From contig JAKAVT010000005.1 in NCBI GenBank assembly GCA_021817165.1, forward strand, positions 1 to 57,744: a stretch of DNA of 57,744 nt. Reading direction: 5' to 3'. The position numbers and the translations under genes are program-made. Positions 48,299 through 57,744 of this stretch are shown here, piece after piece (within the stretch, counting starts at the first letter, position 1; each line of letters opens with the position of its first letter). Below the pieces are notes generated by a model. That model was not told the DNA's origin and did no database searches. It saw only the letters and a list, made by a program, of their open reading frames with translations. The stretch comes from Nanobdellota archaeon (GTDB lineage Archaea > Nanobdellota > Nanobdellia > Parvarchaeales > Parvarchaeaceae).

Positions 48299-48568
48299 AT
48301 GGGAAAAGTAGTAATAAAGATAAAAGCGCTTCCAAAGAACACTTCGTCGGATGTAAACAAGGTTTCGGATGAGATAAAGTCCTTCCTTTCGAAATATGGT
48401 TCGGTATACAAACTGGAGGTACAGCCGCTTGCGTTCGGTCTCACGGTTATAATGATTACGCTCGTAGCGGACGAAGATCAGGGAACTTCTAAACTGGAAG
48501 AGGCCTTTTCATCATTTACAGAAGCCAGTCTAAGCATATCAGAAGTCAGCAGAGCGCCTGATTTCTGA
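48299..48568 (+). CDS. ef1b: Translation elongation factor 1-beta
   Basis: MGKVVIKIKALP...QPLAFGL; ATG at 48299. Confidence 0.88.
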   Translation: MGKVVIKIKALPKNTSSDVNKVSDEIKSFLSKYGSVYKLEVQPLAFGLTVIMITLVADEDQGTSKLEEAFSSFTEASLSISEVSRAPDF

Positions 48569-48570
48569 AG

Positions 48571-49629
48571 TTATTTTATATCCTTTGCTTCTTCCAAAAA
48601 CAGCTTCTTGAACTTGTCTTTGTCTTTATAGGCTATCGAGCCGCCAGAAGCCTTGTCATGTCCGCCGCCTTCTCCTTTTATCTTTTGGAATATATTATTC
48701 AGCATGACCGGCAATTTTATATCCACCCCGTTAGCCCTTAGATTCAAGCGCATAGTCCTTCCGTTTATTTTCGTCATGAACACTAGCACATTACCGTAAT
48801 ATTCCTTGTCAAAGCTCAGCTCAGTTACAAGCGTGGAAGAGTACCTTTTCTTTTTCTGGTCCAATTCATAAAAATAGACTCTGCCGGATCTTTCGGCATT
48901 TTCCTTAAAGTCCCTTTTCAGCTTTTCAAGTTCTTCCTTCACCTTTTTTTCGACAAATATGAGTTTTTGGTTGTTTAGGACATCTGCAATTGAAGTGCTG
49001 TTTATGAGTATCCCCAGGGCCTCGTCCGCCCCTTCTCTATTGTATACAGTAGTCATTGCGCCTATCATGCCAGCGGCCCTGCCGAAGTCATTATCATACA
49101 TAAATTCATCTTTTCCTATCTTTATCCCGTATTTTTCCGCCGTTTTTTTCACAAAATCGGAATTTTCCTTTCCGCCGGAATCACCTACCAGACCTATTGC
49201 AGAGGCCCAGTCGAGTTCCTTTATTTCCTGCTCGAATATCTGGTAAACCAGCAGGGAACAAGGAGTATACGTATTGTCTCCCCATATCTTTGGATTTGCG
49301 TAAGCTAGAAGATCTGCGTTTATTATTTGATGGTGGTCTATTATGCACAGGTTCTTGTCTTTGAACAATGGCAGTTGCTCTTCCCTTATCTGCATGTCGC
49401 AGACTATTACGTTCTTGCTGTATTCCTGCATGTCCATGTCCTTGTAGTCTTCATAGTTTGTCGGTCTGTAATAGTATATTCCTTTATTCATTTTTTTGAG
49501 GGCTGCTGTAAGCAGTGCCGCGCTTACTATCCCGTCTGTGTCAAGATGGTAAAAGACGGTGAAATCGTTGTTTTTTGACATGAACTCCCTTACGCTTTTG
49601 ATGCTTTCAGCTTTCTTAATTTCATCCAT
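48571..49629 (-). CDS. DHH/DHHA1 phosphoesterase (RecJ/GAN-like)
   Basis: YHLDTDG, CD, IDHH, GD, GGGHDKASG. Confidence 0.85.
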   Translation of the reverse strand: MDEIKKAESIKSVREFMSKNNDFTVFYHLDTDGIVSAALLTAALKKMNKGIYYYRPTNYEDYKDMDMQEYSKNVIVCDMQIREEQLPLFKDKNLCIIDHHQIINADLLAYANPKIWGDNTYTPCSLLVYQIFEQEIKELDWASAIGLVGDSGGKENSDFVKKTAEKYGIKIGKDEFMYDNDFGRAAGMIGAMTTVYNREGADEALGILINSTSIADVLNNQKLIFVEKKVKEELEKLKRDFKENAERSGRVYFYELDQKKKRYSSTLVTELSFDKEYYGNVLVFMTKINGRTMRLNLRANGVDIKLPVMLNNIFQKIKGEGGGHDKASGGSIAYKDKDKFKKLFLEEAKDIK

Positions 49630-49663
49630 AAGAATATCTATGAATTATACTACTAATATATGC

Positions 49664-51850
49664 TTATTGTACTTGATTGAATTTTTTCAGCAGGCCATCT
49701 ATAAGCTTATAGTATCTTGATCCACCTGATGAGTCTATGTCGTTTCTTATAGTCTGCAAAGGTATCAGCTTGTACTTTAGGTAGGAAGTACCTATTGAAT
49801 TATCAGTAGGTATGTAAAGCTCGCTTATCCCCTTCGTATAATTTGGTTTGTGTATTATGTAACTTTCAAAGTAGGTTTCATTTTCAAGCGCAGGTACGGT
49901 AATCGCAGTCATTGTGTTCCAATTATCTCCTTTCTTTTTCAGTGCAAATTTTATTCCAGGCTCATGGCAATCTCCTGCCATTGCTATGTCCACAAGGTCT
50001 TTTCCGGTGTTTTTGATTATATTCATAAGCGAGGTTCTCGCGTCCATTCCCCCGCGGTAGCCCGCGCTGTGCAGCTGCAGCAATCCATATCCGTCAAGGT
50101 AGGGAGTTTCTCCCCTCAGAAGGTAATCGTCTACGTACACTACTTCTTTCGTTCCGCTGTTCTCAAGTTTTGGCCCTATCATCCTGCCTTCGCTCCCATT
50201 TCCAGTAGCCCTTTCAAAGTGATTGCCTCCAACCACGTAAGCTTTTTCAAACAACGGCGCAAGCGGCCTTAGATATTTATCAAGTCTTTTTTCCTGCTGG
50301 CCTATGTCGATGTCAGAATTGCCGTACACTACTCCATGCAGTTCATTTATAAACTTGGTTTTTGCTCTCTCTTTGTCACTGTCATTTAGTATATCTTCAA
50401 GCTTCCCTAAAAATTCTTCCGGACTGGGAGCTCTTGGCAAAGACATCTTAGTTCTTTGCGCTTTGTCATTCCCGCCGTCGACCATATCTCCACCTATGAA
50501 AAGTACTCTTTTTTCTTTAGGTATCTGGCTTTTATTTATTATGTCAGGCACTTTTTCCATTGCTTCGTAATCTGATGCGGCATTGCCGACGTGCCAGTCG
50601 GATATCTGCACCATCTCGTAAAGTGACCCGTTCGCTTTGTCCTTGTTTATTTTGTACGGACTTACCTTCTTTTTTATGCCGTTTATGTCAATATGCTCTA
50701 TTTCTATGCTGTTATCATCGTATACCGACAAGAAGGAAATCCCGCTGTCTTCAAACTGCGAAAGCCTTTTGGACACGTCCGTTTTGTTAAGGCTGGCCCT
50801 TAGTTTGAATTGTCTGTCTATGTCCATAAGCGGACCTTGGTTAAGTATCAGAACGGGGTCTTTCCTGCTTTGATAGTCCAGAGCCGTAAACTCTGTTGAA
50901 GATCCCCTGCCTGTTATGTAAAGATCGGCAAGTCTTCCGTACTGTGCATCAAAATTGGCATAGTCAACTATCATGTTTATGTTCCTGTCGCTGGGCTTTC
51001 CCTCGTTTAATCCGGCCGTAAGCGCGTTTATTGCGTGGAAAACCTTCACCTTAAAACCATTTATGAGGATCTCCGCGTCAGGGTTGTTGTCTTCCTTTTC
51101 TCCCAAGAAGTTCTCGAATCTTTTGTATACTTTTATGTTGTCGTCGTTTTTACCATCGTTTAGTATCATGTTAATGAGGTGCAGGTATATGTCGTTGGCC
51201 TTGTCTTTTATGCCTTTTTTGTCCGAGGTCTTCCACTGCGAAGCCTTGAATTTATAGCTTTCTGGTATTATTGACATTATCCTTTCTATCTCATCAGGCA
51301 CCTTATCTTCAAGCTTGTTCTGTTTTTTGTTTTTCTTGATTACTCTTGTCTTTTCTTCTTCCTTTTTGTTTCTTCTGCTGAGCCTTTCCAGAGCCTCTAT
51401 TATCATCTTTACGTTCTTATAATCCGTAACACCGTAGACGTAGTATATCGGTATGTTCCTTTTGCTGGCCTCGTATGCTATGCTTTTCATCTGTATCTTA
51501 GCAAGCCTTGCAGCCTCTGTTAAATCATCTACAGAATCGGAGTCGTTCTTTCCATGCTTGACTTCGTTATACGCATCCTCCCCGTATTTTTCCTTTAGCC
51601 TGTCCTCCACTAGGTCCAATCTCTCTCCCCTCAGCCTGCTGTATTTATCAGGTATGAATGCCAACCCTCCGTTTATTACTATTCCGTCGATTTTTCCCTC
51701 GTAATCCTTTATTATTCCGCCTAAATCGTTTAATACTTCATGGCTGCTCAATTTAGTTGCGAGTTCCAATTCCGACATAACAAGAAGTCTTAATTTTGAA
51801 TTAGAATCGTTATTTGGTTTTATTATTTCCTCAAGCATTTTACTTCCCAT
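49664..51850 (-). CDS. Large protein with C-terminal calcineurin-like metallophosphoesterase domain and a degenerate N-terminal copy
   Basis: C-terminal half: ISDWHVG, GGDMVDG, VGGNH, LH, AGDCHE. N-terminal half: VMSELEL, INGGL, VYGVTD, FH. SD GAGGGGGT. Confidence 0.65.
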   Translation of the reverse strand: MGSKMLEEIIKPNNDSNSKLRLLVMSELELATKLSSHEVLNDLGGIIKDYEGKIDGIVINGGLAFIPDKYSRLRGERLDLVEDRLKEKYGEDAYNEVKHGKNDSDSVDDLTEAARLAKIQMKSIAYEASKRNIPIYYVYGVTDYKNVKMIIEALERLSRRNKKEEEKTRVIKKNKKQNKLEDKVPDEIERIMSIIPESYKFKASQWKTSDKKGIKDKANDIYLHLINMILNDGKNDDNIKVYKRFENFLGEKEDNNPDAEILINGFKVKVFHAINALTAGLNEGKPSDRNINMIVDYANFDAQYGRLADLYITGRGSSTEFTALDYQSRKDPVLILNQGPLMDIDRQFKLRASLNKTDVSKRLSQFEDSGISFLSVYDDNSIEIEHIDINGIKKKVSPYKINKDKANGSLYEMVQISDWHVGNAASDYEAMEKVPDIINKSQIPKEKRVLFIGGDMVDGGNDKAQRTKMSLPRAPSPEEFLGKLEDILNDSDKERAKTKFINELHGVVYGNSDIDIGQQEKRLDKYLRPLAPLFEKAYVVGGNHFERATGNGSEGRMIGPKLENSGTKEVVYVDDYLLRGETPYLDGYGLLQLHSAGYRGGMDARTSLMNIIKNTGKDLVDIAMAGDCHEPGIKFALKKKGDNWNTMTAITVPALENETYFESYIIHKPNYTKGISELYIPTDNSIGTSYLKYKLIPLQTIRNDIDSSGGSRYYKLIDGLLKKFNQVQ

Positions 51851-51921
51851 AATGTTACCCCCTCTGTTAATTGATATACTTCCTCTTTTATAAATTGAAG
51901 TTGAGTATTACTATAGTATTA

Positions 51922-53214
51922 CTATATCTCGCTGAAACCAGTGTACTTTCTGAGCACGTCTGGTACGAGTATCGTTCCGTCTTTCTGCTGATAAGTGTCC
52001 ATTATTGCTATTATGGTTCTCTGCATTGGCAGCCCCGTCCCGTCCAAAGTATACACATAATCCTTGTTTCCCTTTCTGTCTGCATATTTTATGTTTAACC
52101 TCCTTGATATCCAGTCAGTAGTGTTGTCGAACGAGCCGACCTCCCTGTATTTTCCCTGCGAATAAAGATAAGCTTCTACGTCATATTGCTTTACGTCCCT
52201 TATCCCCATATCCCCAGTGGAGCAGCTTACCACCCTGTATGGTACCCTCAATTCTTTCCATATCTCTTCAACGTTAGCCAGCATTTCCTCATGAAATCTC
52301 TTTGAATCCTCAGGCTTGCATAGTACTATCTGCTCCGTCTGATCAAATTGATGCAGCCTGAATATCCCCTTTGTGTCCTTCCCATGTGCGCCCGCTTCTT
52401 TTCTAAAAGCCGGACTTATGCCAACCATCTTTATCGGCAGCTCTTCTTCCGGTATCGTTTCGTTTGAATACTGTGCTATCATCGGATGTTCGGTCGTAGA
52501 GATCAGAAAACGTTCTTCCTCTCCCTCTTCTTCAACTCCAGTAACTTTGTACAGCGCGTCTTCGAATGTAGCCATGTGCGCTATTCCTCCGTAAATGTCG
52601 CGTTTTATCATAAAAGGGGGCAGAATTGGAAGGTATCCCTTCGAAGCTATTTTTTCGATGGAGTACATCTCCAGCGCAAGTTCAAGTTGTACAAGTTTTC
52701 CCTTGATAAACACAAATCTGCTGCCGGCAATCTTGGCGGCGTTTTCCATGTCTAAAAGTTTTCTTTCCTGCCCTATGTCAATGTGGCTTTTAGTAATAAA
52801 ATCCCTTTTTTTAATCTCTCCGTATTTTCTTATTTCAACATTGTCATTATCGTCTTTTCCTTCAGGTGCATCCGGGCTGACGACATTTGGCAGCCACAAA
52901 AAAATGTTTTTCGCTTCATCTTCATATCTTGCTATCTCTTCCTCCCTGGTTTTTATCTGTTGCATTATCTCTCTTACGCTTTTCCTCTCGTTTTCCTTTT
53001 CTTCTGCATTTTCCTTGTTTTCTGCGAATTCCCTGCTTATCGTATTTCTTTTGTGCCTAAGCTCGTCTACGCCGCTTCTGGCCTTTTTTATAAGCTCGTT
53101 TAATTCTATCAATCTGTCAACAGGGTTTTCTATCGGTGGTTTAAGGAATCTTTTCTTTATAGAGGACAAAAGCTCATCCCTGTGCTCCTTTACATAATTC
53201 AAATCGTAATTCAT
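51922..53214 (-). CDS. serS: Seryl-tRNA synthetase
   Basis: N-terminal coiled coil; LISTTEHP, FRKEAGAHGKDTKGIFRLHQF, YREVGS. Confidence 0.95.
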   Translation of the reverse strand: MNYDLNYVKEHRDELLSSIKKRFLKPPIENPVDRLIELNELIKKARSGVDELRHKRNTISREFAENKENAEEKENERKSVREIMQQIKTREEEIARYEDEAKNIFLWLPNVVSPDAPEGKDDNDNVEIRKYGEIKKRDFITKSHIDIGQERKLLDMENAAKIAGSRFVFIKGKLVQLELALEMYSIEKIASKGYLPILPPFMIKRDIYGGIAHMATFEDALYKVTGVEEEGEEERFLISTTEHPMIAQYSNETIPEEELPIKMVGISPAFRKEAGAHGKDTKGIFRLHQFDQTEQIVLCKPEDSKRFHEEMLANVEEIWKELRVPYRVVSCSTGDMGIRDVKQYDVEAYLYSQGKYREVGSFDNTTDWISRRLNIKYADRKGNKDYVYTLDGTGLPMQRTIIAIMDTYQQKDGTILVPDVLRKYTGFSEI

Positions 53215-53302
53215 ATGGAAATATTATGATTTAGGAATAAAAGCTTTTTTATTCTGCGTTAAATAAGTTTTTATATTTTATATGATAATTGTTATGAGTC
53301 AA

Positions 53303-53375
53303 GGGCCCGTGGTCCAGCGGTTATGACGTCTGCTTGACGTGCAGAAGACCAAGGGTTCGAATCCCTTCGGGCCCA
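53303..53375 (+). tRNA. tRNA-Val(GAC)
   Basis: GGGCCCG/CGGGCCC-A; TCTGC-TTGACGT-GCAGA; GGTTCGAATCC. Confidence 0.95.
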
Positions 53376-53415
53376 TTGATTAATTTTTAATGTTCTATGA
53401 TTCAAGAAGAATGCA

Positions 53416-54507
53416 TTATAGAGAAATAATAAGTGCAGCGACGGCGGTATTAATAATCAAGAAAAGAAAGGAAGTTTTTAGGAACGAAGCGTATTTTCTT
53501 TTATCTTTTGTCTGCCTGAGCCCTATGACGTTTGCAAGCGAAGCGATAACGCTGCCGTTACCGCCTATGTTAACTCCCCATAATAGAGGTATAAAATTAA
53601 ATGTTTTCAATAAAACAGATGCAGGTACGTTGCTTATCACCTGCGAGATTAAAATCGCGTATACGAATTGATACAGTGTCGAATTGCTTTTCGGCAATGG
53701 GATTATTGAACTGAGCGAACCGAATATCATGAAAACGACGAAAAAAATCAGAATAAGCAGAATGTCTATCCTGCTAAGAGTTCCCAGCCTTTTTGAACCG
53801 GGAATTCTTACAAATGCAAGTATGCAGATGGAAACAGCAATCGTAGCTACAAAAAAATAGTCACCATAATTGAGAAGCAGGCCTATAACGTCTATTATGA
53901 AGATAAAAAGCGAAGAGTAAAAGAGCGGAAGATGCGGCTTCTTTGCCTTATAGTTTGTTTTTAATTTTCCGTCCTTTACCAAAAAGAACGTAAATGCAAA
54001 AAGAAGAATGACTGATATCGCAAATGCAGGTAATATCCCCGTAATGAAATTGAGGGCAGTTTGGTGGTAACGCAAAAATATTATTATGTTCTGCGGATTG
54101 CCGAAAGGTGCCAGCATCGAACCCACATTTGCAGCAATAATCTGCATTATTATGGTGTTTAGAAGGCTCTTTCTTGATATTATCCCTATCTCTACTGTTA
54201 TTGGTATGAGTATCAAAAGAGAAGCATCGTTTGTCATCGCAATTGATACTAAGAAAGTTATGGCAACCAGAATAATGGAGACTTTTTTGATGCGTTTGAA
54301 TTTTTTTGTGATTTTTTCTGCAATAACATCTATCTCTCTGGATGCAAGTATTCCGGTGTTTGCTATTATAAGGGAAGTTATTATTACGAAAGCCCTCGTA
54401 TAAATCGGATCCAATGCAACTTTTCCAGAAAATATCAGGTACGCAGACAACATTATTACAGCGGCGTAAATCGATATTCTAATGGAAGTTCCCCGGCTTT
54501 TCACCAT
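53416..54507 (-). CDS. ArsB/NhaD/CitMHS-type anion permease
   Basis: MTNDASL, AANVGSMLAPFGNPQN, SQVISNVPA, NIGGNGSVIASLAN. Confidence 0.85.
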   Translation of the reverse strand: MVKSRGTSIRISIYAAVIMLSAYLIFSGKVALDPIYTRAFVIITSLIIANTGILASREIDVIAEKITKKFKRIKKVSIILVAITFLVSIAMTNDASLLILIPITVEIGIISRKSLLNTIIMQIIAANVGSMLAPFGNPQNIIIFLRYHQTALNFITGILPAFAISVILLFAFTFFLVKDGKLKTNYKAKKPHLPLFYSSLFIFIIDVIGLLLNYGDYFFVATIAVSICILAFVRIPGSKRLGTLSRIDILLILIFFVVFMIFGSLSSIIPLPKSNSTLYQFVYAILISQVISNVPASVLLKTFNFIPLLWGVNIGGNGSVIASLANVIGLRQTKDKRKYASFLKTSFLFLIINTAVAALIISL

Positions 54508-54513
54508 ACCTAA

Positions 54514-55014
54514 TTAAGTTAACTCTGCTACCGATTCCATGCTTTTGAGCATATTCTTGTAGTTGTACCCGAATTCTTCGGCAAAGGCGCAAAGCTGGAA
54601 AAAAGACTTTACATCGTTTGTATTTTCAGACCCTGATGAATACAAACAGTTTATTCCATAGTCATTGCAAAGCTTTCCGTTTATCAGCAGGTTTTTGTAA
54701 ACCTTGAACATGTTTTCGCTTTTTTCAAGAGCCGAAAAGCCGAATATAACCGTCATTTTGTTTTCTTTTAACTTGCTGCATAATCCTTTATTGAGAAGAA
54801 AGCCGTTCACCTCCAAATCGTAGATAAATTTCGCCTTCCCTTTTCTGATGACAAAATCGTAGTCTTTTCCGGAATATGCTTTGAATTCACTGTTTTCATT
54901 TTTTGTAAGCTCTCTTATATTCTGGTCTTTCAGAAGCAATACTCTATCAAAGCCGAGGACCTTTAGTTTTTCTACAATCTCCTTTGAATCTTTCCTTATA
55001 ACATCAATTTTCAT
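54514..55014 (-). CDS. rnp3: RNase P protein component 3 (Rpp30)-like, shortened
   Basis: LNKGLCSKLKENKMTVIFGF...LCNDYGINCLYSSGSENTNDVKS resembles the Rpp30 C-terminal half. Confidence 0.55.
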   Translation of the reverse strand: MKIDVIRKDSKEIVEKLKVLGFDRVLLLKDQNIRELTKNENSEFKAYSGKDYDFVIRKGKAKFIYDLEVNGFLLNKGLCSKLKENKMTVIFGFSALEKSENMFKVYKNLLINGKLCNDYGINCLYSSGSENTNDVKSFFQLCAFAEEFGYNYKNMLKSMESVAELT

Positions 55015-55077
55015 TAACTATACTAATTCTGCGCTAAATAAAACTTTATATATAAGGAAATAGAAAGCTATAAGATT

Positions 55078-55266
55078 ATGGCAGAAAGATCGAATCCAAT
55101 CGCTGATAACAGACTGTTTTATAACGTATACGTATGCAGAAACTGCAATGCAAAGATACGTGTTTCCAGTCAGAAAGTTCTTAGAAGAAATGAGGTAAGG
55201 TGCAGGAACTGCGGTTCTTCGGCATTGAGACCTAAACACAAAGAGTTAAGAAAGTTAAAGGTGTAA
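55078..55266 (+). CDS. rpl40e: 50S ribosomal protein L40e
   Basis: VCRNCNAK...CRNCGSSALRPK. Confidence 0.88.
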   Translation: MAERSNPIADNRLFYNVYVCRNCNAKIRVSSQKVLRRNEVRCRNCGSSALRPKHKELRKLKV

Positions 55267-55273
55267 GTATATA

Positions 55274-56527
55274 ATGTCAGTTTTAAGCGTACTCTTAGCG
55301 AATGGCGACAATCTACTTTTAACAATCATAATACTCGTAGTCTTCGGATTGTTCGTAATAATAGAAAGAAAAAGATTTGATGTAGAAGGAAAGGTAGTAT
55401 TTCTTTACAAAACGAAAGTAGGGCTCAAATTGATGAAGAAAATCGCAAGGTTTAAACGGCTCATAAATATATACTCAACGATAGGAGTATTCGTTGCGCT
55501 TGCAGGCATAGCTTTCGTGCTTTATCTTTTCCTTCCATATTTGTATCTCATGATAACCAGTCCGACTACCACCTTCCCGGCAGTAGCACCCTTGTTCCCG
55601 GTCTCTATCTCGCTGCATGGAATACCGGTTCTCATAGGAGTGCCGATACTTTACATACTAATAGCGATAATCGTATTGGCGGCACTGCATGAAGCTTCTC
55701 ACGGAGTTGTTGCTCTTTCAAAAAACATAAACATAAAATCGACAGGCTTCGGCTTTTTATTCGGCGTTTTGCCGCTTGCCTTTGTAGAGCCTGATGAAAA
55801 GAAAATCATAAAGGCAAAGAGGATGGATAGACTGAGGATATTCTCGGCAGGCGCGTTTACAAACGTTGTATTGGGATTTATCTTTTTGGGAGCGTATCTG
55901 GCGCTTTCACATTTTATGGTTTCTGCCAGTCTAATCTCATACTCTCCCTATTATCTTGACATTTCAACCGTAATCAACAATAGCCCTGCAAGTCTTGCGT
56001 CTTTGCCGGTAAATTCTACGGTTTCGGAAATAAACGGCCATCAATTTTATTCGGAGCAGGGGGCGCTGTCAGATCTAAATGTAACGCCAGGGCAGTATGT
56101 CAATTTTACCTTGACGAATGGGAAAACGTATTCCATGAAAACTACGTATAACTCGTCCATAAACAATACTTATCACAGTTACATCGGAGTAGGAGGATTT
56201 TTCACGCTTGCAAAACCGCCGGCTTTTATAATAGAACCGATATCCGTTACGGCCTTTCCGAACAGTTCCTTCTCTTCGCAGTCGCTTTACTGGATAGACG
56301 GGCTTTTCCTTTGGCTGTGGGTTATCTCGTTCAGCCTTGCGATAGTAAACATCCTTCCTTTGTCGTATCTTGTGGACGGCGGCAAGATATTCTTTGATGC
56401 TTTGGGGTATGTAGTTAAAAACGAAAAGAAAGCACTTGCAATCCTCAATACAGTAGCTTTCCTTTTTATCCTGCTTTTGGTTCTTTTGAGTCCCATTGGC
56501 TCGATAATATTCGCGTCTTTAAGATGA
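55274..56527 (+). CDS. Site-2 protease (M50) with PDZ-like insert
   Basis: LHEASHG, AFVEPD, SAGAFTN, NILP...DGG. Confidence 0.9.
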   Translation: MSVLSVLLANGDNLLLTIIILVVFGLFVIIERKRFDVEGKVVFLYKTKVGLKLMKKIARFKRLINIYSTIGVFVALAGIAFVLYLFLPYLYLMITSPTTTFPAVAPLFPVSISLHGIPVLIGVPILYILIAIIVLAALHEASHGVVALSKNINIKSTGFGFLFGVLPLAFVEPDEKKIIKAKRMDRLRIFSAGAFTNVVLGFIFLGAYLALSHFMVSASLISYSPYYLDISTVINNSPASLASLPVNSTVSEINGHQFYSEQGALSDLNVTPGQYVNFTLTNGKTYSMKTTYNSSINNTYHSYIGVGGFFTLAKPPAFIIEPISVTAFPNSSFSSQSLYWIDGLFLWLWVISFSLAIVNILPLSYLVDGGKIFFDALGYVVKNEKKALAILNTVAFLFILLLVLLSPIGSIIFASLR

Positions 56528-56579
56528 AATTCAGTTTTAAAAGGAAAAGGTTAAATCTTCAGTTTACAACGTATAATTA

Positions 56580-57224
56580 ATGGCAATGAAAAAAAGAAAG
56601 AATACAGTAAAAAACTCCAAAAGAAGAACCGTTAAAAAGGCTAAAAAAACAAAAAAAACGGCGGTAAAAAAGGAAAAAAAGATAATAATAGACACTAACA
56701 AGCTATTGAGGTTAGAAGAAGCAAGAAAATACGTTATAGACGTCGCAGGCGAAAAAGGGCTTGAAGTATTTGAATTTCTCATTGCCAAAGGGGAGATGGA
56801 AGAAAACCTCCTTGCGAAAAAACTCAAATTCGAGAAGGCCAATGCGATAAGGAAATTTCTATACAGGCTTTACAATAAAAACCTAGTTTCTTACAGGAAA
56901 ATAAGGAAAAACAACAAGGCATGGTACACCTATTTTTGGAGCGCGAATCCAGAGAAACTCGTTTTTATAATAAGGGAGATGTATGAAGAGGAAATAAAGC
57001 AGACCAAAAAGTCCATGGAATTAAACAAAGCGGAAGACTTCTACGTATGCGATATCTGCAACAGAAGATACGACATAAATGAAGCATTGCAAAACGATTT
57101 TAGGTGCAAGAACGATGGCGGCGTGCTCACCCACATCGAATCAGGAAAAGTTCTGGAAGACAAGCAGAGCAGGATAGACTTCCTTAATAAGAAACTGAAC
57201 GAATTAAAGCAGCTGGTTAAATAA
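56580..57224 (+). CDS. tfe: Transcription factor E alpha
   Basis: wHTH IRKFLYRLY...WYTYFW; FYVCDIC...FRC zinc ribbon; extra Lys-rich N-terminus. Confidence 0.88.
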   Translation: MAMKKRKNTVKNSKRRTVKKAKKTKKTAVKKEKKIIIDTNKLLRLEEARKYVIDVAGEKGLEVFEFLIAKGEMEENLLAKKLKFEKANAIRKFLYRLYNKNLVSYRKIRKNNKAWYTYFWSANPEKLVFIIREMYEEEIKQTKKSMELNKAEDFYVCDICNRRYDINEALQNDFRCKNDGGVLTHIESGKVLEDKQSRIDFLNKKLNELKQLVK

Positions 57225-57226
57225 GA

Positions 57227-57517
57227 TTACTTTACGTTTTCCAGTACACAGTTGTAATTCAGGTTTATTTCATTTGTATTTGAGCACGCTATCGAAGAAG
57301 TGGAGTTAACGGCCGCGCATGAGTAACCGAAACTTGCGTTTTCCTTTATGCATGTGTTGCTAGTCAAAGTAGAATTAGTTATTAAGTTGTGGCATTCCAA
57401 TTCGCATATCCCTATGGCTATCTGCCTGTGATTCTCGTAAGGATTTGTGTAAAATATGGCAGCCCCTATAACCAATGCCAAAATAATGATCAATACAGCG
57501 TAATACCCCTTGTCCAT
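57227..57517 (-). CDS. Small membrane-anchored Cys-rich protein
   Basis: MDKGYYAVLIIILALVIGAAIF followed by six Cys; ATG at 57517. Confidence 0.6.
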   Translation of the reverse strand: MDKGYYAVLIIILALVIGAAIFYTNPYENHRQIAIGICELECHNLITNSTLTSNTCIKENASFGYSCAAVNSTSSIACSNTNEINLNYNCVLENVK

Positions 57518-57549
57518 ATATTTTAATAATATTTTATGTCTACCGTAAT

Positions 57550-57744
57550 GTGACATCCTCTCATGAATGAATTCACAGGTTTATAGCTATTCCAAGATGC
57601 ATCGCTTATCGCTTTTGCCAGGTTGTGGTTCTTCTTCATTTCCCTGATGTTCAGGGTTTCTATCACTATGGTATCGAACCGCTTGGTTATCGCCGTTGAT
57701 ACCTTGTGTATGAAATCATTCCTTTTATTTGTTGTTCTTTCATG
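57550..57744 (-). mobile_element. tnpB: IS200/IS605/IS607-type tnpB remnant with right end (5'-truncated by the window)
   Basis: Frame from 57744 reads HERTTNKRNDFIHKVSTAITKRFDTIVIETLNIREMKKNHNLAKAISDASW (RuvC-II region), then ends CCTGTGAATTCATTCATGAGAGGATGTCAC. Confidence 0.8.

Noticed and set aside
1-57744. CRISPR array, cas genes, rRNA, integrase
   Set aside because: No regularly spaced repeat-spacer pattern, rRNA-like segment or recombinase motif was recognised by eye

Overview
Archaeal chromosomal DNA, most consistent with a small-genome DPANN archaeon from an acidic habitat. Parvarchaeota- or Micrarchaeota-like origin is an inference from gene content, class III signal peptides and mostly leaderless TATA-driven genes. 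The window is mainly housekeeping: aminoacyl-tRNA synthetases (trpS, class II lysS, valS, pheST, serS), thermosome, Sm, rpl37e, rpl40e, rps2, EF-1beta, Pth2, PCNA, Hel308, TFE, SepF, RNase J, enolase, a TtuA + ubiquitin-like thiolation pair, glycogen genes (GH57, GT3 synthase, GalT-like, GT4) and six tRNAs. Two tRNAs carry BHB introns, including a rare tRNA-Ile(UAU). Accessory highlights: (1) an 855-bp transposase-free cassette (16878-17732) with 18-bp IS903-like terminal inverted repeats and a 9-bp target duplication, carrying an unlisted 49-aa ORF translationally coupled to a HEPN-motif protein; (2) two tandem pilin genes with nucleotide-identical constant blocks around divergent segments, downstream of a large Ig-repeat/YVTN-propeller surface protein; (3) a G-U-rich long hairpin 5'UTR before an unlisted CxxC-x17-CxxC zinc-ribbon gene; (4) an RHH regulator and a CysD-like enzyme sharing the same C-terminal tail; (5) a tandem metallophosphoesterase protein; (6) an internally deleted tnpB remnant with an intact right end at the window edge. 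No CRISPR array or rRNA was seen.
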